A program made the translations under genes and the position numbers. A stretch of 64,000 bases of DNA, from positions 576,001-640,000 of the forward strand of contig CAWJSJ010000005.1 of NCBI GenBank assembly GCA_963845565.1. The letters are read 5' to 3'. Positions 1 to 9,315 of the stretch are shown here, piece after piece. Position 1 is the first letter of the stretch, and the number at the start of each line of letters is the position of its first letter. The notes beneath the pieces are model-generated. The model saw only the letters and a program-made list of their open reading frames with translations. It did not search any database and had not been told where the DNA came from. This stretch comes from an uncultured Methylomirabilota bacterium (GTDB lineage Bacteria > Methylomirabilota > Methylomirabilia > Methylomirabilales > 2-02-FULL-66-22).

Positions 1-210
1 GGCGGGCTCAGCCCCGAGGAAGTCTCCCTGGCCACCCGGCGCGGGGGCCGGCGAGTCTCGCTGGGGCCGCGCTTGCTGCGCGCCGAGACGGCGGCCCTGG
101 CGGCCCTGGCCGTCGTGCAGGCGTGTGCGGGAGATTGGACCTCGGCCGGACGGTGGAGCGGTCGCCGAGATCCCGGGACCGCGGGGAGGCCGGGTTGCCT
201 AGTATCCTGA
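1..210 (+). CDS. rsmE: 16S rRNA m3U1498 methyltransferase RsmE, C-terminal part (5' truncated by window)
   Basis: Frame 1 reads GGLSPEE...SLGPRLLRAETAALAAL, the RsmE SPOUT C-terminal motif; stop TGA at 208-210. Confidence 0.85.
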   Translation, partial: GGLSPEEVSLATRRGGRRVSLGPRLLRAETAALAALAVVQACAGDWTSAGRWSGRRDPGTAGRPGCLVS

Positions 211-1310
211 TCGTGGACGACGAGCGAGGCCTGCTGACGACGCTGGTGATGGCCTTTCGGACGCAGGGCTACCTGGCCGAAGGGGCCGCCTCGGGCGCGG
301 AGGCGCTGGCGACCCTGGCGCGGGCCCCGTTCGACGTGGTGCTGACCGATCTCCGGATGGGGGGCATGGACGGCCTGACCCTGATGGAGCGGATCCGGGT
401 CAGATTTCCGGAGACGGCCATCATCCTGATGACGGGCGCCGCGACGGTGGAGTCGGCGGTCAGCGCCCTCAAAGGGGGCGCCTCCGACTACCTCCTGAAA
501 CCCTTCGGGCTGTCGGAGATCTTTCACGTGGTGCAGCGATGCCTGGAGGAGCATCGGTTGCGGCGCGAGAACGTCGAGCTGTCCGAGGTCAATCGTCGCC
601 TGAAGGAACTGGATCAGCTCAAGTCCAATCTCCTGTCCGCCGTCAGCCACGAGTTTCGCACGCCGCTCACTATCATGCACGGCTGGCTGGATCTCTTGCT
701 CACGGGGCAGTTCGGGCCGATCTCCGCCGCGCAGCGGGAGAGTCTGACGGCGGTGCACAAGAGCGCCACGCGTCTCGGGGGCCTCATCGAGAACCTGCTC
801 GCCTTCGTCGAGTGCGAGCGCGGCGACGGGGTCCGCACCGCGGGAGCGGTGAGCCTGGCGGATCTCCTGCGGGAAGCGGCGGCGGCGCTGGCTGCCGAAT
901 GTCGCGAGCGGCGGATTGCCCTCTCTGTGGACGTGGACCCCACTCTCCGGATGGTCCAGGGGGACGCCGAGCGTCTCCGCCTGCTGTTCTTCAACCTCCT
1001 GGAGAACGCCGTGAAATTCAACGAATCCGGCGGAACGGTGGCGGTGACCGCCCGGGAAGAGGGTGCCGGCGCCGAGGTGCGGATCACCAACAGCCACGGG
1101 ACGATCCCGCCCGGACAGGTGCAGGGCCTGCTGCAACCGTTCACGCAGGGAGATATGGGACCCAGCCGCCCGGCGCGCGGTCTGGGTCTGGGCCTGGCGG
1201 TGGCCCGGGCGATCGTCCACGCCCACGGGGGAACGCTGCAACTGGAGGGCGGCGAGGAGCAGGGCACCACGGTGTGCGTCCGCTTGCCGCTGGCGCGCGA
1301 AACAGCCTGA
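195..1310 (+). CDS. Hybrid sensor protein REC-HisKA-HATPase
   Basis: ILIVDDE, DVVLTDLRM and YLLKP receiver motifs; VSHEFRTPL H-box, NLLENAVKF N-box, GLGLGL G2; TTG start after GGGGAGG. Confidence 0.9.
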   Translation: MPSILIVDDERGLLTTLVMAFRTQGYLAEGAASGAEALATLARAPFDVVLTDLRMGGMDGLTLMERIRVRFPETAIILMTGAATVESAVSALKGGASDYLLKPFGLSEIFHVVQRCLEEHRLRRENVELSEVNRRLKELDQLKSNLLSAVSHEFRTPLTIMHGWLDLLLTGQFGPISAAQRESLTAVHKSATRLGGLIENLLAFVECERGDGVRTAGAVSLADLLREAAAALAAECRERRIALSVDVDPTLRMVQGDAERLRLLFFNLLENAVKFNESGGTVAVTAREEGAGAEVRITNSHGTIPPGQVQGLLQPFTQGDMGPSRPARGLGLGLAVARAIVHAHGGTLQLEGGEEQGTTVCVRLPLARETA

Positions 1311-1353
1311 CGCCTGGTCGAGCGGCAATGGAATACCGACAACCGATACGAGA

Positions 1354-1429
1354 AATGTAAAACCGATAACCGACAACCGACCATATAATACGGTTGACCG
1401 GTTGTCGTGTCAGTTGTCGGTTTTAGATT
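1354..1429. repeat. Family A hairpin element: inverted (ACCGACA)n arms with terminal IR AATSTAAAACCGA
   Basis: aatgtaaaaccgataaccgacaaccgacc...cggttgtc...gttgtcggttttagatt. Confidence 0.8.
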
Positions 1430-1456
1430 GAGCTTGCCACCACAGGGGAGTCTGTC

Positions 1457-2344
1457 ATGCCGGATGCGCCGCGCTTGGTCTTGGTGGACGGAAGCGCATC
1501 CTTGTATCGGGCCTTCCACGCCTTGCCCCCGCTGAGCAATTCCCGCGGGGTGCCGACCCACGCCGTCCTCGGCTTCACCACCATCCTGTTGAAACTGCTC
1601 CGGGAAGAGGAGCCGCAGGCGCTGGCGGTCGTCTTCGACGGGCCCGGCCCGACGGCCCGACACCGCGAGTTCCCCGCCTACAAGGCGCAGCGGCCGCCCA
1701 TGCCCGAGACGCTGGTCAGCCAGATTCCATTCGTGCAGCGGGTGCTCCAGGCGATGCGGGTTCCGGTCCTCATGATCGAGGGTGAAGAGGCGGACGACAT
1801 CCTGGGGACCGTCGCCGTCCAGGCGGCGGCCCAGTCGTATCTGGTGCGGGTGGTCACGGCGGACAAGGACCTGCTGCAGATCGTCGGAGCCCGCATCCTG
1901 GTGCGCGATCCGCTGGCGCCGCGGACCTTCGGGCCGGCCGAGGTGGAGCGACGCTACGGGATCGAGCCGGGGCAGGTGGCGGATTTCCTCGCCCTCATGG
2001 GGGACAGCAGCGACAACATTCCGGGCGTTCCGGGCGTGGGGGAGAAGACCGCCCGGGACCTGCTCCGGCGTTTCGGCAGCCTGGAGACGGTGCTGGCGCG
2101 GGCGGCCGAAGTGGAGCGGCCCAAGCTGCGGGAGGCGCTCCTGGCGCATGTCGAGCAGGCCCGGTTGAGCAAGCGATTGGCGACGATCCGGACGGATCTC
2201 CCGGTGCCCTGGGGGATGGCCGATCTCGCGCGCCGGGAGCCGGATGTGCCGGCCCTGCTGGCGATCTTCCGGGAACTGGAATTCACCCGGTTGGTCCAGC
2301 AGTTCAGCCAACCTGCCTTGGGTGGCATGGCCGATGATCTGTAA
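1457..2344 (+). CDS. Stand-alone 5'-3' exonuclease (PolA N-terminal/FEN domain only)
   Basis: LVDG, YRAFHALP, YKAQR, EADD, DKD, LMGDSSDNIPGVPGVGEKTA (H3TH); ends after ELEF with no polymerase domain. Confidence 0.9.
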   Translation: MPDAPRLVLVDGSASLYRAFHALPPLSNSRGVPTHAVLGFTTILLKLLREEEPQALAVVFDGPGPTARHREFPAYKAQRPPMPETLVSQIPFVQRVLQAMRVPVLMIEGEEADDILGTVAVQAAAQSYLVRVVTADKDLLQIVGARILVRDPLAPRTFGPAEVERRYGIEPGQVADFLALMGDSSDNIPGVPGVGEKTARDLLRRFGSLETVLARAAEVERPKLREALLAHVEQARLSKRLATIRTDLPVPWGMADLARREPDVPALLAIFRELEFTRLVQQFSQPALGGMADDL

Positions 2345-2354
2345 CCCAAAGACC

Positions 2355-2439
2355 AATGTAAAACCGAGAACCGACAACTGAAAACCGATCAACGATCTCC
2401 ATTGGTCGGTTGTCGGTTGTCGGTTGTCGGTTTGGAATT
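2355..2439. repeat. Family A hairpin element, copy 2
   Basis: aatgtaaaaccgagaaccgacaactg... then inverted (tgtcggt)n arm ending tcggtttggaatt. Confidence 0.8.
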
Positions 2440-2452
2440 GCACGGAGCCGAC

Positions 2453-3067
2453 ATGATTCTCGTCGGCCTGACCGGAGGCATCGCCGTCGGGAAGTCCACG
2501 GTGGCCGCCATGTTCGCGGCCCGGGGGGCTGCCGTGGTGGATGCCGATCGGATCAGTCGGAAACTCCAGGAGTCCGGAGCACCCTGCTACGCTGCCATCG
2601 TCGAGGAGTTCGGGAGGGGTATTCTGGACTCGGCCGGGCGTATTGACCGGCGGCGCCTGGGCGAGATCGTGTTCGCCGACCCCTCCCGCCGCGCCGCGCT
2701 CGAAGCCATCATGCATCCCGCCATCTGGGCCGCGTGCGAAGCCGAGATCCGCGCGGCGGCGGCAGCGGGGCGGGCGGTATGCGTGGTCGAGGCGGCCCTG
2801 ATCCTGGAGACGGGACAGCGGAGCCGATTCCAGCGGATCGTCGTGGTGACCGCCCCGACGGACGTCCAGGTCGAGCGCGTCGCGCGCGCCCGCGGCCTCA
2901 CGGAGGAAGAGGCGCGCCAGCGACTGGCGGCGCAGTGGGCGAACGCGGACAAGGCGTGCCAGGCCGATTACGTCATCGACAACGGCGGAGATTTGGCGGC
3001 GACCGACCGCCAGGTCGAGACCGTGTATTCCGCTTTACTCTGCATCGGGGACGCCCCCGCCACCTAG
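2453..3067 (+). CDS. coaE: Dephospho-CoA kinase
   Basis: GLTGGIAVGKST P-loop, VDAD, IDRRRLGEIVF, LEAIMHP, ADYVIDNGG. Confidence 0.95.
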   Translation: MILVGLTGGIAVGKSTVAAMFAARGAAVVDADRISRKLQESGAPCYAAIVEEFGRGILDSAGRIDRRRLGEIVFADPSRRAALEAIMHPAIWAACEAEIRAAAAAGRAVCVVEAALILETGQRSRFQRIVVVTAPTDVQVERVARARGLTEEEARQRLAAQWANADKACQADYVIDNGGDLAATDRQVETVYSALLCIGDAPAT

Positions 3068-3229
3068 TCCAGGGTCGCGAAGCCGCTGAGCCTGGGACGC
3101 TGACCCTCGCGCTTCAGCTCATTCCCCGGTTAAGAACTGCGAGTCGCGAGGCGCGATTTCCCGAGGCAGACGCTCGGGAATTTGCGGCCGCTCATCGCGC
3201 GACTTGGCGGGGCTCACCAAAAAAGGTGG

Positions 3230-3314
3230 TGTCGGAATACTAGACACTTTCATGCATGTTCGGGATTCGCCGGGCAACGTTTTCAAGACGTTGACGCTTG
3301 GTACGGTCCGTGCT
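3230..3314 (+). promoter_or_regulatory. Putative sigma54 promoter with TGT-N11-ACA enhancer site and IHF-like site
   Basis: TGTCGGAATACTAGACA 3230-3246; TTTCAAGACGTTG 3281-3293; TGGTACGGTCCGTGCT (GG-N10-GC) 3299-3314. Confidence 0.6.
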
Positions 3315-3466
3315 CCTGATTTCCCTGGCGGGCCATACTCTTCACGCCATCCCGTGCAATGCGGTCGCGGTGTTCAGTCGGCGCTCTTCGCGGCGTGAAG
3401 GAATGCGGATCGGAGTGGTGCGGTGTCGCGCCTCGGTTCGTGGGTGGCGATCGGCAGGGGGATCAT

Positions 3467-3961
3467 ATGACGATGCGCGCCTCCTCCGTGACGCGGATCG
3501 CGATCGGCGTGACGGCGCTGGGTGTCGGTCTTCTGGTGTATCTCGCCGATCGGCGTCCCGAGCAGATCTATTTCCTCCAGCGGATCGGCGTGACGCATGC
3601 CATGTATGAGGGCGCGTCAACGCTCTTTGGCTCCCTGGGCCAGAACCTGCCCGCGTTCATCCATGCGTTTGCCTTCGCGCTCATCACCGGGGGGATTCTC
3701 GCCTGCGGTCAGAGGGGGTCTCTGATCGTGGTGCTGGGGTGGTTTGCCACGGATGCCGCATTTGAGTTGGGTCAGAGGTTTCCAGCGTGGTCCGAACGGT
3801 TCGTTCCACGGTGGTTTGACTCGCTCCCTGTTCTGGAGAGCGCCCGTCCTTTCTTTCGCGACGGGACCTTCGACCCGTTGGATCTGTTCGCCATGGCCGT
3901 CGGTGCCGTGGCGGCCTATTTTCTTTTATTAGCGACGATGGAAGGGGGCCGATCATGTTGA
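3467..3961 (+). CDS. Hypothetical membrane protein (about 4 TM)
   Basis: Hydrophobic segments; GTFDPLDL before the last helix; overlaps the next start. Confidence 0.7.
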   Translation: MTMRASSVTRIAIGVTALGVGLLVYLADRRPEQIYFLQRIGVTHAMYEGASTLFGSLGQNLPAFIHAFAFALITGGILACGQRGSLIVVLGWFATDAAFELGQRFPAWSERFVPRWFDSLPVLESARPFFRDGTFDPLDLFAMAVGAVAAYFLLLATMEGGRSC

Positions 3962-5613
3962 CGAGAAGAGGCATCTGGGCGGCGGTGGGACGGGCGCTTC
4001 GGTTCTCGGCTCTTTCGTTCGCCATCCTGTTCGGACTGGCAAGCATTATTGCCACCAGTGGGGGTGGTGGTGGCGGCGGTGGCGTTGGTGTGACCGGCAC
4101 CACTGGGGGCACCGGCACCGAAGGGGGCACCGGCACCGTGGCGTTGCTGGTCGGCGATGGACCGGCCGATGATTACGATCACATCTATGTCTACGTGACC
4201 AAGGTGTCCCTCATTCCCGCGCCGGGAAACGCCGCGGGCCAGGTCGTCATATTTCAATCGCCCACGCCCGCCGGTCACAGGGTTGACTTGCTTGCGTATC
4301 GTGACGAGGATTTCCTGCTCGGGATCAGGGGGGATGTCCCGGCGGGTCGGTACGAGAAGATCCGACTCGAGGTCGCGAGCGTCGAAGCCGTGGGTGGACC
4401 GTGCGACCTGGAACTGATCAAGCTGCCGAGCGGGAAGATCGATCTGAACCCCCGCGGCGGCTTCGAGGTGCGATCGGGCGAGTCCCTGGCCATCCGGCTG
4501 GACATGGACGCCAACAAGTCCATCAATCTGCATCCGGCGGGGAATTCCGGCAAGTGCATCTTCCGGCCCGTGGTGTTCGTGGACATCACCCCCGGCGCGC
4601 CGCTCCAGCGGTGTCCGGGGAATGTCACCGGGACGATCATCGAACTCGTTGACCGGGATAAGGACAGGACGGTCGACGGCTTCGTCCTCGACCTCACTGG
4701 AGCGCGAGGCCGCCTCACCGTGTGGCTGGAGCCCGACGCGCCGGTTTTCGCCGCGAATGGCCTTCCGGCAACGGTCGCAATCCTTGCCAAAGGCCAGCAG
4801 GTATGGGCCAGGGGACGCCTGGACGTCCTGGGGCGCTTCCGGGCGCGCGTGGCCGTCGTCGGGGAGGTGCTGACCGTTGACGGGACCGCCCAGGGTCCGG
4901 TGCAGACCCCGGCGAATCTCTTCCCGTTCCGACCCGATGCGGGACAGGAGCTGGTCGGCGATACGAACGTGCGGCTGTTCCAGGGCGACAGTCTCGTGTT
5001 TCGCGGTTGCGACGCCGAGGTGGGGTGGGACGCGATCGCGTCGGGTGTTCCCGCGCGCGTCTTCGGAAAACTCTTCACGCCGTCGCCGTCCGAGTTGCGT
5101 GCCGCCGTGGTCCTGCTGCGACAGGTCACGATCTCGGGCGAGGTTGTCGGGTTCGCCGACTCCGCGGAGGGTCGGCTACTCACCGTGCAGCCGCCTGGCG
5201 GTGTCCCGACGACAGAGGTCTTCGTCCCGACGGACACCCCGATCGTCCTCGAAGGGGACGGACGGGTTCCTCTGGATCTCGTCTGCACGGGGACACGGGT
5301 CCGCGTGCTCGTGGACCCCGACGCTTCCCAGGCGACGGCCACGGAGGTCACGGTGCTCACCGACTCCATCGAGGGCATGGTGACCGAGATCCGGGGCGGG
5401 CGCACGCTGATCGTGCGCCCGGCCGGGCAGGACGTCGGGACCGCCGTCCACGTTCGCGACGCCGCCACCATTCTCGACCAACGGAGCGACAACGACGCAT
5501 TGATGAGTTTCGAGCAGATCAAAGTCGGCGACCACCTCAAGGTATTCGGGTTAAAGCCGAGCTCGTGCAATCTGGCGTTCGAGGGGTTTGTGGTCCTGGT
5601 CGTGACGCCCTGA
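3955..5613 (+). CDS. Exported DUF4382-like protein with repeated DUF5666-like beta domains
   Basis: Signal-like N-terminus and Gly linker; VALLVGDGP, VPAGRYEKIRL, LPSGKI, LDMDANKSI, FRPVV; repeated V.G.V/I...G..V.V.G units. Confidence 0.7.
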   Translation: MLTRRGIWAAVGRALRFSALSFAILFGLASIIATSGGGGGGGGVGVTGTTGGTGTEGGTGTVALLVGDGPADDYDHIYVYVTKVSLIPAPGNAAGQVVIFQSPTPAGHRVDLLAYRDEDFLLGIRGDVPAGRYEKIRLEVASVEAVGGPCDLELIKLPSGKIDLNPRGGFEVRSGESLAIRLDMDANKSINLHPAGNSGKCIFRPVVFVDITPGAPLQRCPGNVTGTIIELVDRDKDRTVDGFVLDLTGARGRLTVWLEPDAPVFAANGLPATVAILAKGQQVWARGRLDVLGRFRARVAVVGEVLTVDGTAQGPVQTPANLFPFRPDAGQELVGDTNVRLFQGDSLVFRGCDAEVGWDAIASGVPARVFGKLFTPSPSELRAAVVLLRQVTISGEVVGFADSAEGRLLTVQPPGGVPTTEVFVPTDTPIVLEGDGRVPLDLVCTGTRVRVLVDPDASQATATEVTVLTDSIEGMVTEIRGGRTLIVRPAGQDVGTAVHVRDAATILDQRSDNDALMSFEQIKVGDHLKVFGLKPSSCNLAFEGFVVLVVTP

Positions 5614-5719
5614 CGTCCCGGAGGTAGGCGGCGCTCGTGCGTGTTGCAGGAGCGCCGCGAACGGGGCGACGCTATTTCGCCGGCTCGCATCACGGGCGAC
5701 CGACCGCGGGCCTGCAGGT

Positions 5720-6820
5720 GTGTGGGGGATTGCAGTGGCTATTAGCGGAGTTGGGGGTGACGATCCTCGCCCCGGTCGCCGCTCGAGGTCTTGCGACCAG
5801 GGCGTGCGGCCCTGGCGCGTCCTGCTGGGCTTGTTGACCGTCGGCGCGCTCCTGACGCCGATTGGGTCGGCCTGGGCCGCGGGGAGTGGCGGGTCGCGAC
5901 AGGATCCGGGGCGGAATCCGTCACCGCTCCCCATAGGGTCCACACCCGTGGCGACTGCCGAGGTGTCGTTTGATGTGCCTCGGTGGTTCGCGACCGTCAT
6001 GGATCCGTCCACGACCCGGCTGCGACTCTACGGTGTGGGCGACGTCCTGGCGGACCCCAAGGGGGTCGGTGAGGGGTACCGGATCAGGCGGATCGAGGAG
6101 CACGGACTGCAACTCGGCGACCGCCCCGGGCACAAGGCGATCTGGATTCACTCGGGCAGCCTCATTCCGGGACGGCCCGGGTGGCGGCTGACGGGGACGC
6201 TGTGCCTGCGGGTCGTCGAGTATCGGTACGTGCCGACCGGCGGTCCGCTTGATGCGGAGCCGCGGGTGCTCGAACTGCGAGGCGATCATGCCGCGCTGGA
6301 GGTCGATATCTCGACGAACGCGCCGGCGTCCCTCGTCAGCCCGTCGGAGCGCAGGGAGGTTGGCCTCGCGTCCGCGGGGCGCGCCGCGGGAGGGAAGGAG
6401 TTTGAGCACACCCTGCTGGGACGCGTCCGCGTCACGCCGACGGCTGAGGACAGCTACGAGATCAACGCAGCGGACCTCAACGCGGCACTCGCGCACGGCG
6501 TCCAGTTCTTGGCGGAGACCTGGCCCAGGATCTGGCCGAGCGCGTCGTCTCAGTACGGGGTCAATTTCGACGTCCAGTCTCCAATTGCCGACGGGACGCT
6601 GGGCCCTCGTGGATTTCGGGTCACGAGCCCGAAACTGGCGGAACGCGGTGGCCTCGATGCCGGCGACGTCATCTTGGGCGTGAACGGTCAGCCCGTGAAG
6701 AGCTTCGCGGATGTCTTCCGGGTGTATAGTCAAATGGAGCGAGATCCGCAGGTCTCCATCATCCAACTCGACCTGGAACGGCAGGGACAACGGCTCACCA
6801 AGACGTATCGCATTCGCTGA
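5720..6820 (+). CDS. Exported protein with C-terminal GspC-like PDZ domain (start uncertain)
   Basis: N-terminal hydrophobic segment; GFRV..LAERGGLDAGDVILGVNGQPV...LERQGQRLTKTYRIR. Confidence 0.65.
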   Translation: MWGIAVAISGVGGDDPRPGRRSRSCDQGVRPWRVLLGLLTVGALLTPIGSAWAAGSGGSRQDPGRNPSPLPIGSTPVATAEVSFDVPRWFATVMDPSTTRLRLYGVGDVLADPKGVGEGYRIRRIEEHGLQLGDRPGHKAIWIHSGSLIPGRPGWRLTGTLCLRVVEYRYVPTGGPLDAEPRVLELRGDHAALEVDISTNAPASLVSPSERREVGLASAGRAAGGKEFEHTLLGRVRVTPTAEDSYEINAADLNAALAHGVQFLAETWPRIWPSASSQYGVNFDVQSPIADGTLGPRGFRVTSPKLAERGGLDAGDVILGVNGQPVKSFADVFRVYSQMERDPQVSIIQLDLERQGQRLTKTYRIR

Positions 6821-6891
6821 CCGGAAATCCCCGGTTCCGACAGGTCGCCATCGCGGCGCGCGGCGCATCGGTCGGCACCCGGAAAAAAAAC

Positions 6892-6920
6892 TTGACAAGG
6901 CTCCGGGGCCTCTTTAGACT
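6892..6920 (+). promoter_or_regulatory. sigma70 promoter of rho
   Basis: TTGACA-N17-TAGACT preceded by an A-tract. Confidence 0.75.
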
Positions 6921-7200
6921 GCGCCTAACTTCGAGTTGTCCTCGCACCATCCCACTAACTTTTCCACTCTCGAGGCTTCGAAGGTCGAGTTCGCCCGCTG
7001 CCGTGTCGGGCCCAACAGGTGATTCGCGGGACCATCCAATCGACGGACAGGATGCCTCAGTTACATGTGCATCGCCACTTACGCGCGTCGTCGCGCCGGA
7101 CGCTGGAGCGCCCGGGGGCGGCGGTGCCTTCCGCGGCCGCGAGCCGCGCGCCTGAGCGGCGCGGGATCGTGACCCGACCCACCTCACCAAAGGAACTCCG

Positions 7201-8448
7201 ATGAATCTCGCCGAACTCAAAGAGAAGACCATCGCCGAGCTGACCGGTATCGCCCGCACCTTGAACGTGGTCGGGGCCAGCGGCCTCCGGAAACAGGAGA
7301 TGATCTTCAAGATCCTGGAGGCCCAGACCGAGAAGAACGGCCTGATCTTCGCCGAAGGCGTGCTGGAGATCCTGCCGGACGGCTTCGGGTTCCTGCGGGC
7401 GCCGGACTACAATTACCTGCCGGGGCCGGACGACATCTACGTCTCCCCCTCGCAGATCCGGCGGTTCGACCTGCGGACCGGAGACACGGTCTCCGGACAG
7501 GTCCGCCCCCCCAAAGAAGGGGAGCGATACTTCGCCCTCCTCAAGGTCGAAGCGGTCAACTTCGAGAACCCCGAGCTGGTCAAAGAGAAGATCCTCTTCG
7601 ACAACCTGACGCCACTGTTCCCGAATCAGCGCTTCCGGCTGGAGACGTCGAGCGAAGAGATCTCCATGCGCATCATGGATCTCATCACGCCGCTGGGGAA
7701 AGGGCAGCGCGGCCTGATCGTGTCGCCGCCCCGGACGGGTAAGACGGTTCTGCTCCAGAAGATCGCCAACAGCATCACCAAGAACCACCCCGAGGTGCTG
7801 CTGATCGTGCTCCTGATCGACGAGCGGCCGGAAGAGGTGACCGATTTCCAGCGCTCGGTCAAGGCCGAGGTCGTCAGCTCCACCTTCGACGAGCCGGCCA
7901 CGCGCCACGTCCAGGTGGCGGAGATGGTCATCGAGAAGGCCAAGCGGCTCACCGAGCACAAGCGGGACGTGGTCATCCTGCTGGATTCCATCACCCGCCT
8001 GGGGCGCGCCTACAACACCATCGTGCCCCCGAGCGGGAAGGTGCTGTCGGGCGGCGTGGACAGCAACGCCCTGCAGCGGCCCAAGCGGTTCTTCGGCGCC
8101 GCGCGTAACATCGAGGAGGGAGGCAGCCTCACCATCATCGCCACCGCCCTCATCGACACCGGCAGCCGCATGGATGACGTGATCTTCGAGGAGTTCAAGG
8201 GCACCGGCAACATGGAGCTGCACCTGGACCGCCGCCTCGTCGACAAGCGACTGTTCCCGGCCATCGACATCTTCCGCTCCGGGACCCGACGCGAGGAGCT
8301 GCTGCTCAGCCCGAACGAGCTCAACAAGATGTGGGTGCTCCGGAAGGTGCTGGGAACCATGGGCGTGGTGGAGGCCATGGAGCTCTTGCAGGAGAAGATC
8401 AAGGAGACCAAGAGCAACGACGACTTCCTGCGCGCCATGAACCAGTAG
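7201..8448 (+). CDS. rho: Transcription termination factor Rho
   Basis: [50 protein letters not shown]. Confidence 0.99.
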   Translation: MNLAELKEKTIAELTGIARTLNVVGASGLRKQEMIFKILEAQTEKNGLIFAEGVLEILPDGFGFLRAPDYNYLPGPDDIYVSPSQIRRFDLRTGDTVSGQVRPPKEGERYFALLKVEAVNFENPELVKEKILFDNLTPLFPNQRFRLETSSEEISMRIMDLITPLGKGQRGLIVSPPRTGKTVLLQKIANSITKNHPEVLLIVLLIDERPEEVTDFQRSVKAEVVSSTFDEPATRHVQVAEMVIEKAKRLTEHKRDVVILLDSITRLGRAYNTIVPPSGKVLSGGVDSNALQRPKRFFGAARNIEEGGSLTIIATALIDTGSRMDDVIFEEFKGTGNMELHLDRRLVDKRLFPAIDIFRSGTRREELLLSPNELNKMWVLRKVLGTMGVVEAMELLQEKIKETKSNDDFLRAMNQ

Positions 8449-8558
8449 GCGCCGGGCCCGCCGGGACGCTTTTCTCTTGCCGCGCCCGCGGGAATTGCTT
8501 ATCATACCGACCCGCGCGACCAAGCCGTTCCACAACGCGCGCCCGAGGAGGCGAAACC

Positions 8559-8792
8559 ATGAAAGCCGGGATTCACCCCGAGTACGTTCCTGCCATCGTC
8601 AGTTGCGCGTGTGGAGAGGTGATTCACACCCGCTCCACGGTGTCGGTCCTGAAGGTGGAAATCTGCTCCAAGTGCCACCCGCTGTTCACCGGCCGCCAGA
8701 AGCTGATCGACAGCGAGGGCCGCGTGGAGCGGTACCAGCGCAAATACGGGCGCAAGCCGGCGACGACCGAGCCGGGCACGGCCGGGGCTTAG
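8559..8792 (+). CDS. rpmE: 50S ribosomal protein L31 (Zn-binding type)
   Basis: [29 protein letters not shown]. Confidence 0.97.
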   Translation: MKAGIHPEYVPAIVSCACGEVIHTRSTVSVLKVEICSKCHPLFTGRQKLIDSEGRVERYQRKYGRKPATTEPGTAGA

Positions 8793-8949
8793 CAGGCTGC
8801 TGAAAAAGGCCCATCTGCTGCGTTGTCGCGCTCGCGCGGCGCTGCGGCGTACGCGCTAAGTACGCCTCGCACCTCGCCTCGCGCTCCGCCTTGCGGATAG
8901 ACCTTTTTGAGCAGCCTGAGCGAAAACGAGTTTTTCAGCATCCTGTTAG
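8790..8949. mobile_element. Family D MITE-like element, copy 1
   Basis: TAG-CAGGCTGCTGAAAAA...TTTTTGAGCAGCCTG...TTTTTCAGCATCCTG-TTAG; homologous copies at 61592 and 63013. Confidence 0.75.
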
Positions 8950-9030
8950 GATGCCGTGGCCTAGCCGGGATTGCCCAGGCGCCCCGCTCCCGGGCCTGCA
9001 CCCGGCCGGACGGGGAGGGGGATGTTCCCC

Positions 9031-9192
9031 ATGAGCCGAACGTCTTCGACCGCCATGACCCCGCCGGCCGCCTGCGCGGCCGACGGGGTGTGGCGTTTGT
9101 CTATCCGGGCAGCCGAGTGGCGGCCCGCCCCCGGGATGTCGCTCCACCTGGACGCTCACCATCACCCGACCGCCGGCGGGCATCACCACTAG
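9031..9192 (+). CDS. Short His-rich ORF, candidate his leader peptide (53 aa from ATG 9031, or 18 aa from ATG 9136)
   Basis: GGAGGGG upstream of ATG 9031; ends MSLHLDAHHHPTAGGHHH*; lies upstream of the prfA-prmC-murA-his operon. Confidence 0.55.
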   Translation: MSRTSSTAMTPPAACAADGVWRLSIRAAEWRPAPGMSLHLDAHHHPTAGGHHH

Positions 9193-9315
9193 CCCGCCCC
9201 CTGCGGAGCCGGGTCCCGCTCTCGTCGCCGTTCCGCCGTTTCGTTTGCTGCTGCGTCTGATGTGCGGTCCCCGGGGCGCGTCGCCCGGACCGGTCATCCT
9301 TTCGACGAGGTTTCG

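Noticed and set aside
8789..9001. Small ORFs overlapping Family D/E elements (e.g. 8789-9001, 43101-43289, 61599-61805)
   Set aside because: They are translations of the repeat elements themselves, and similar peptides recur at each copy.
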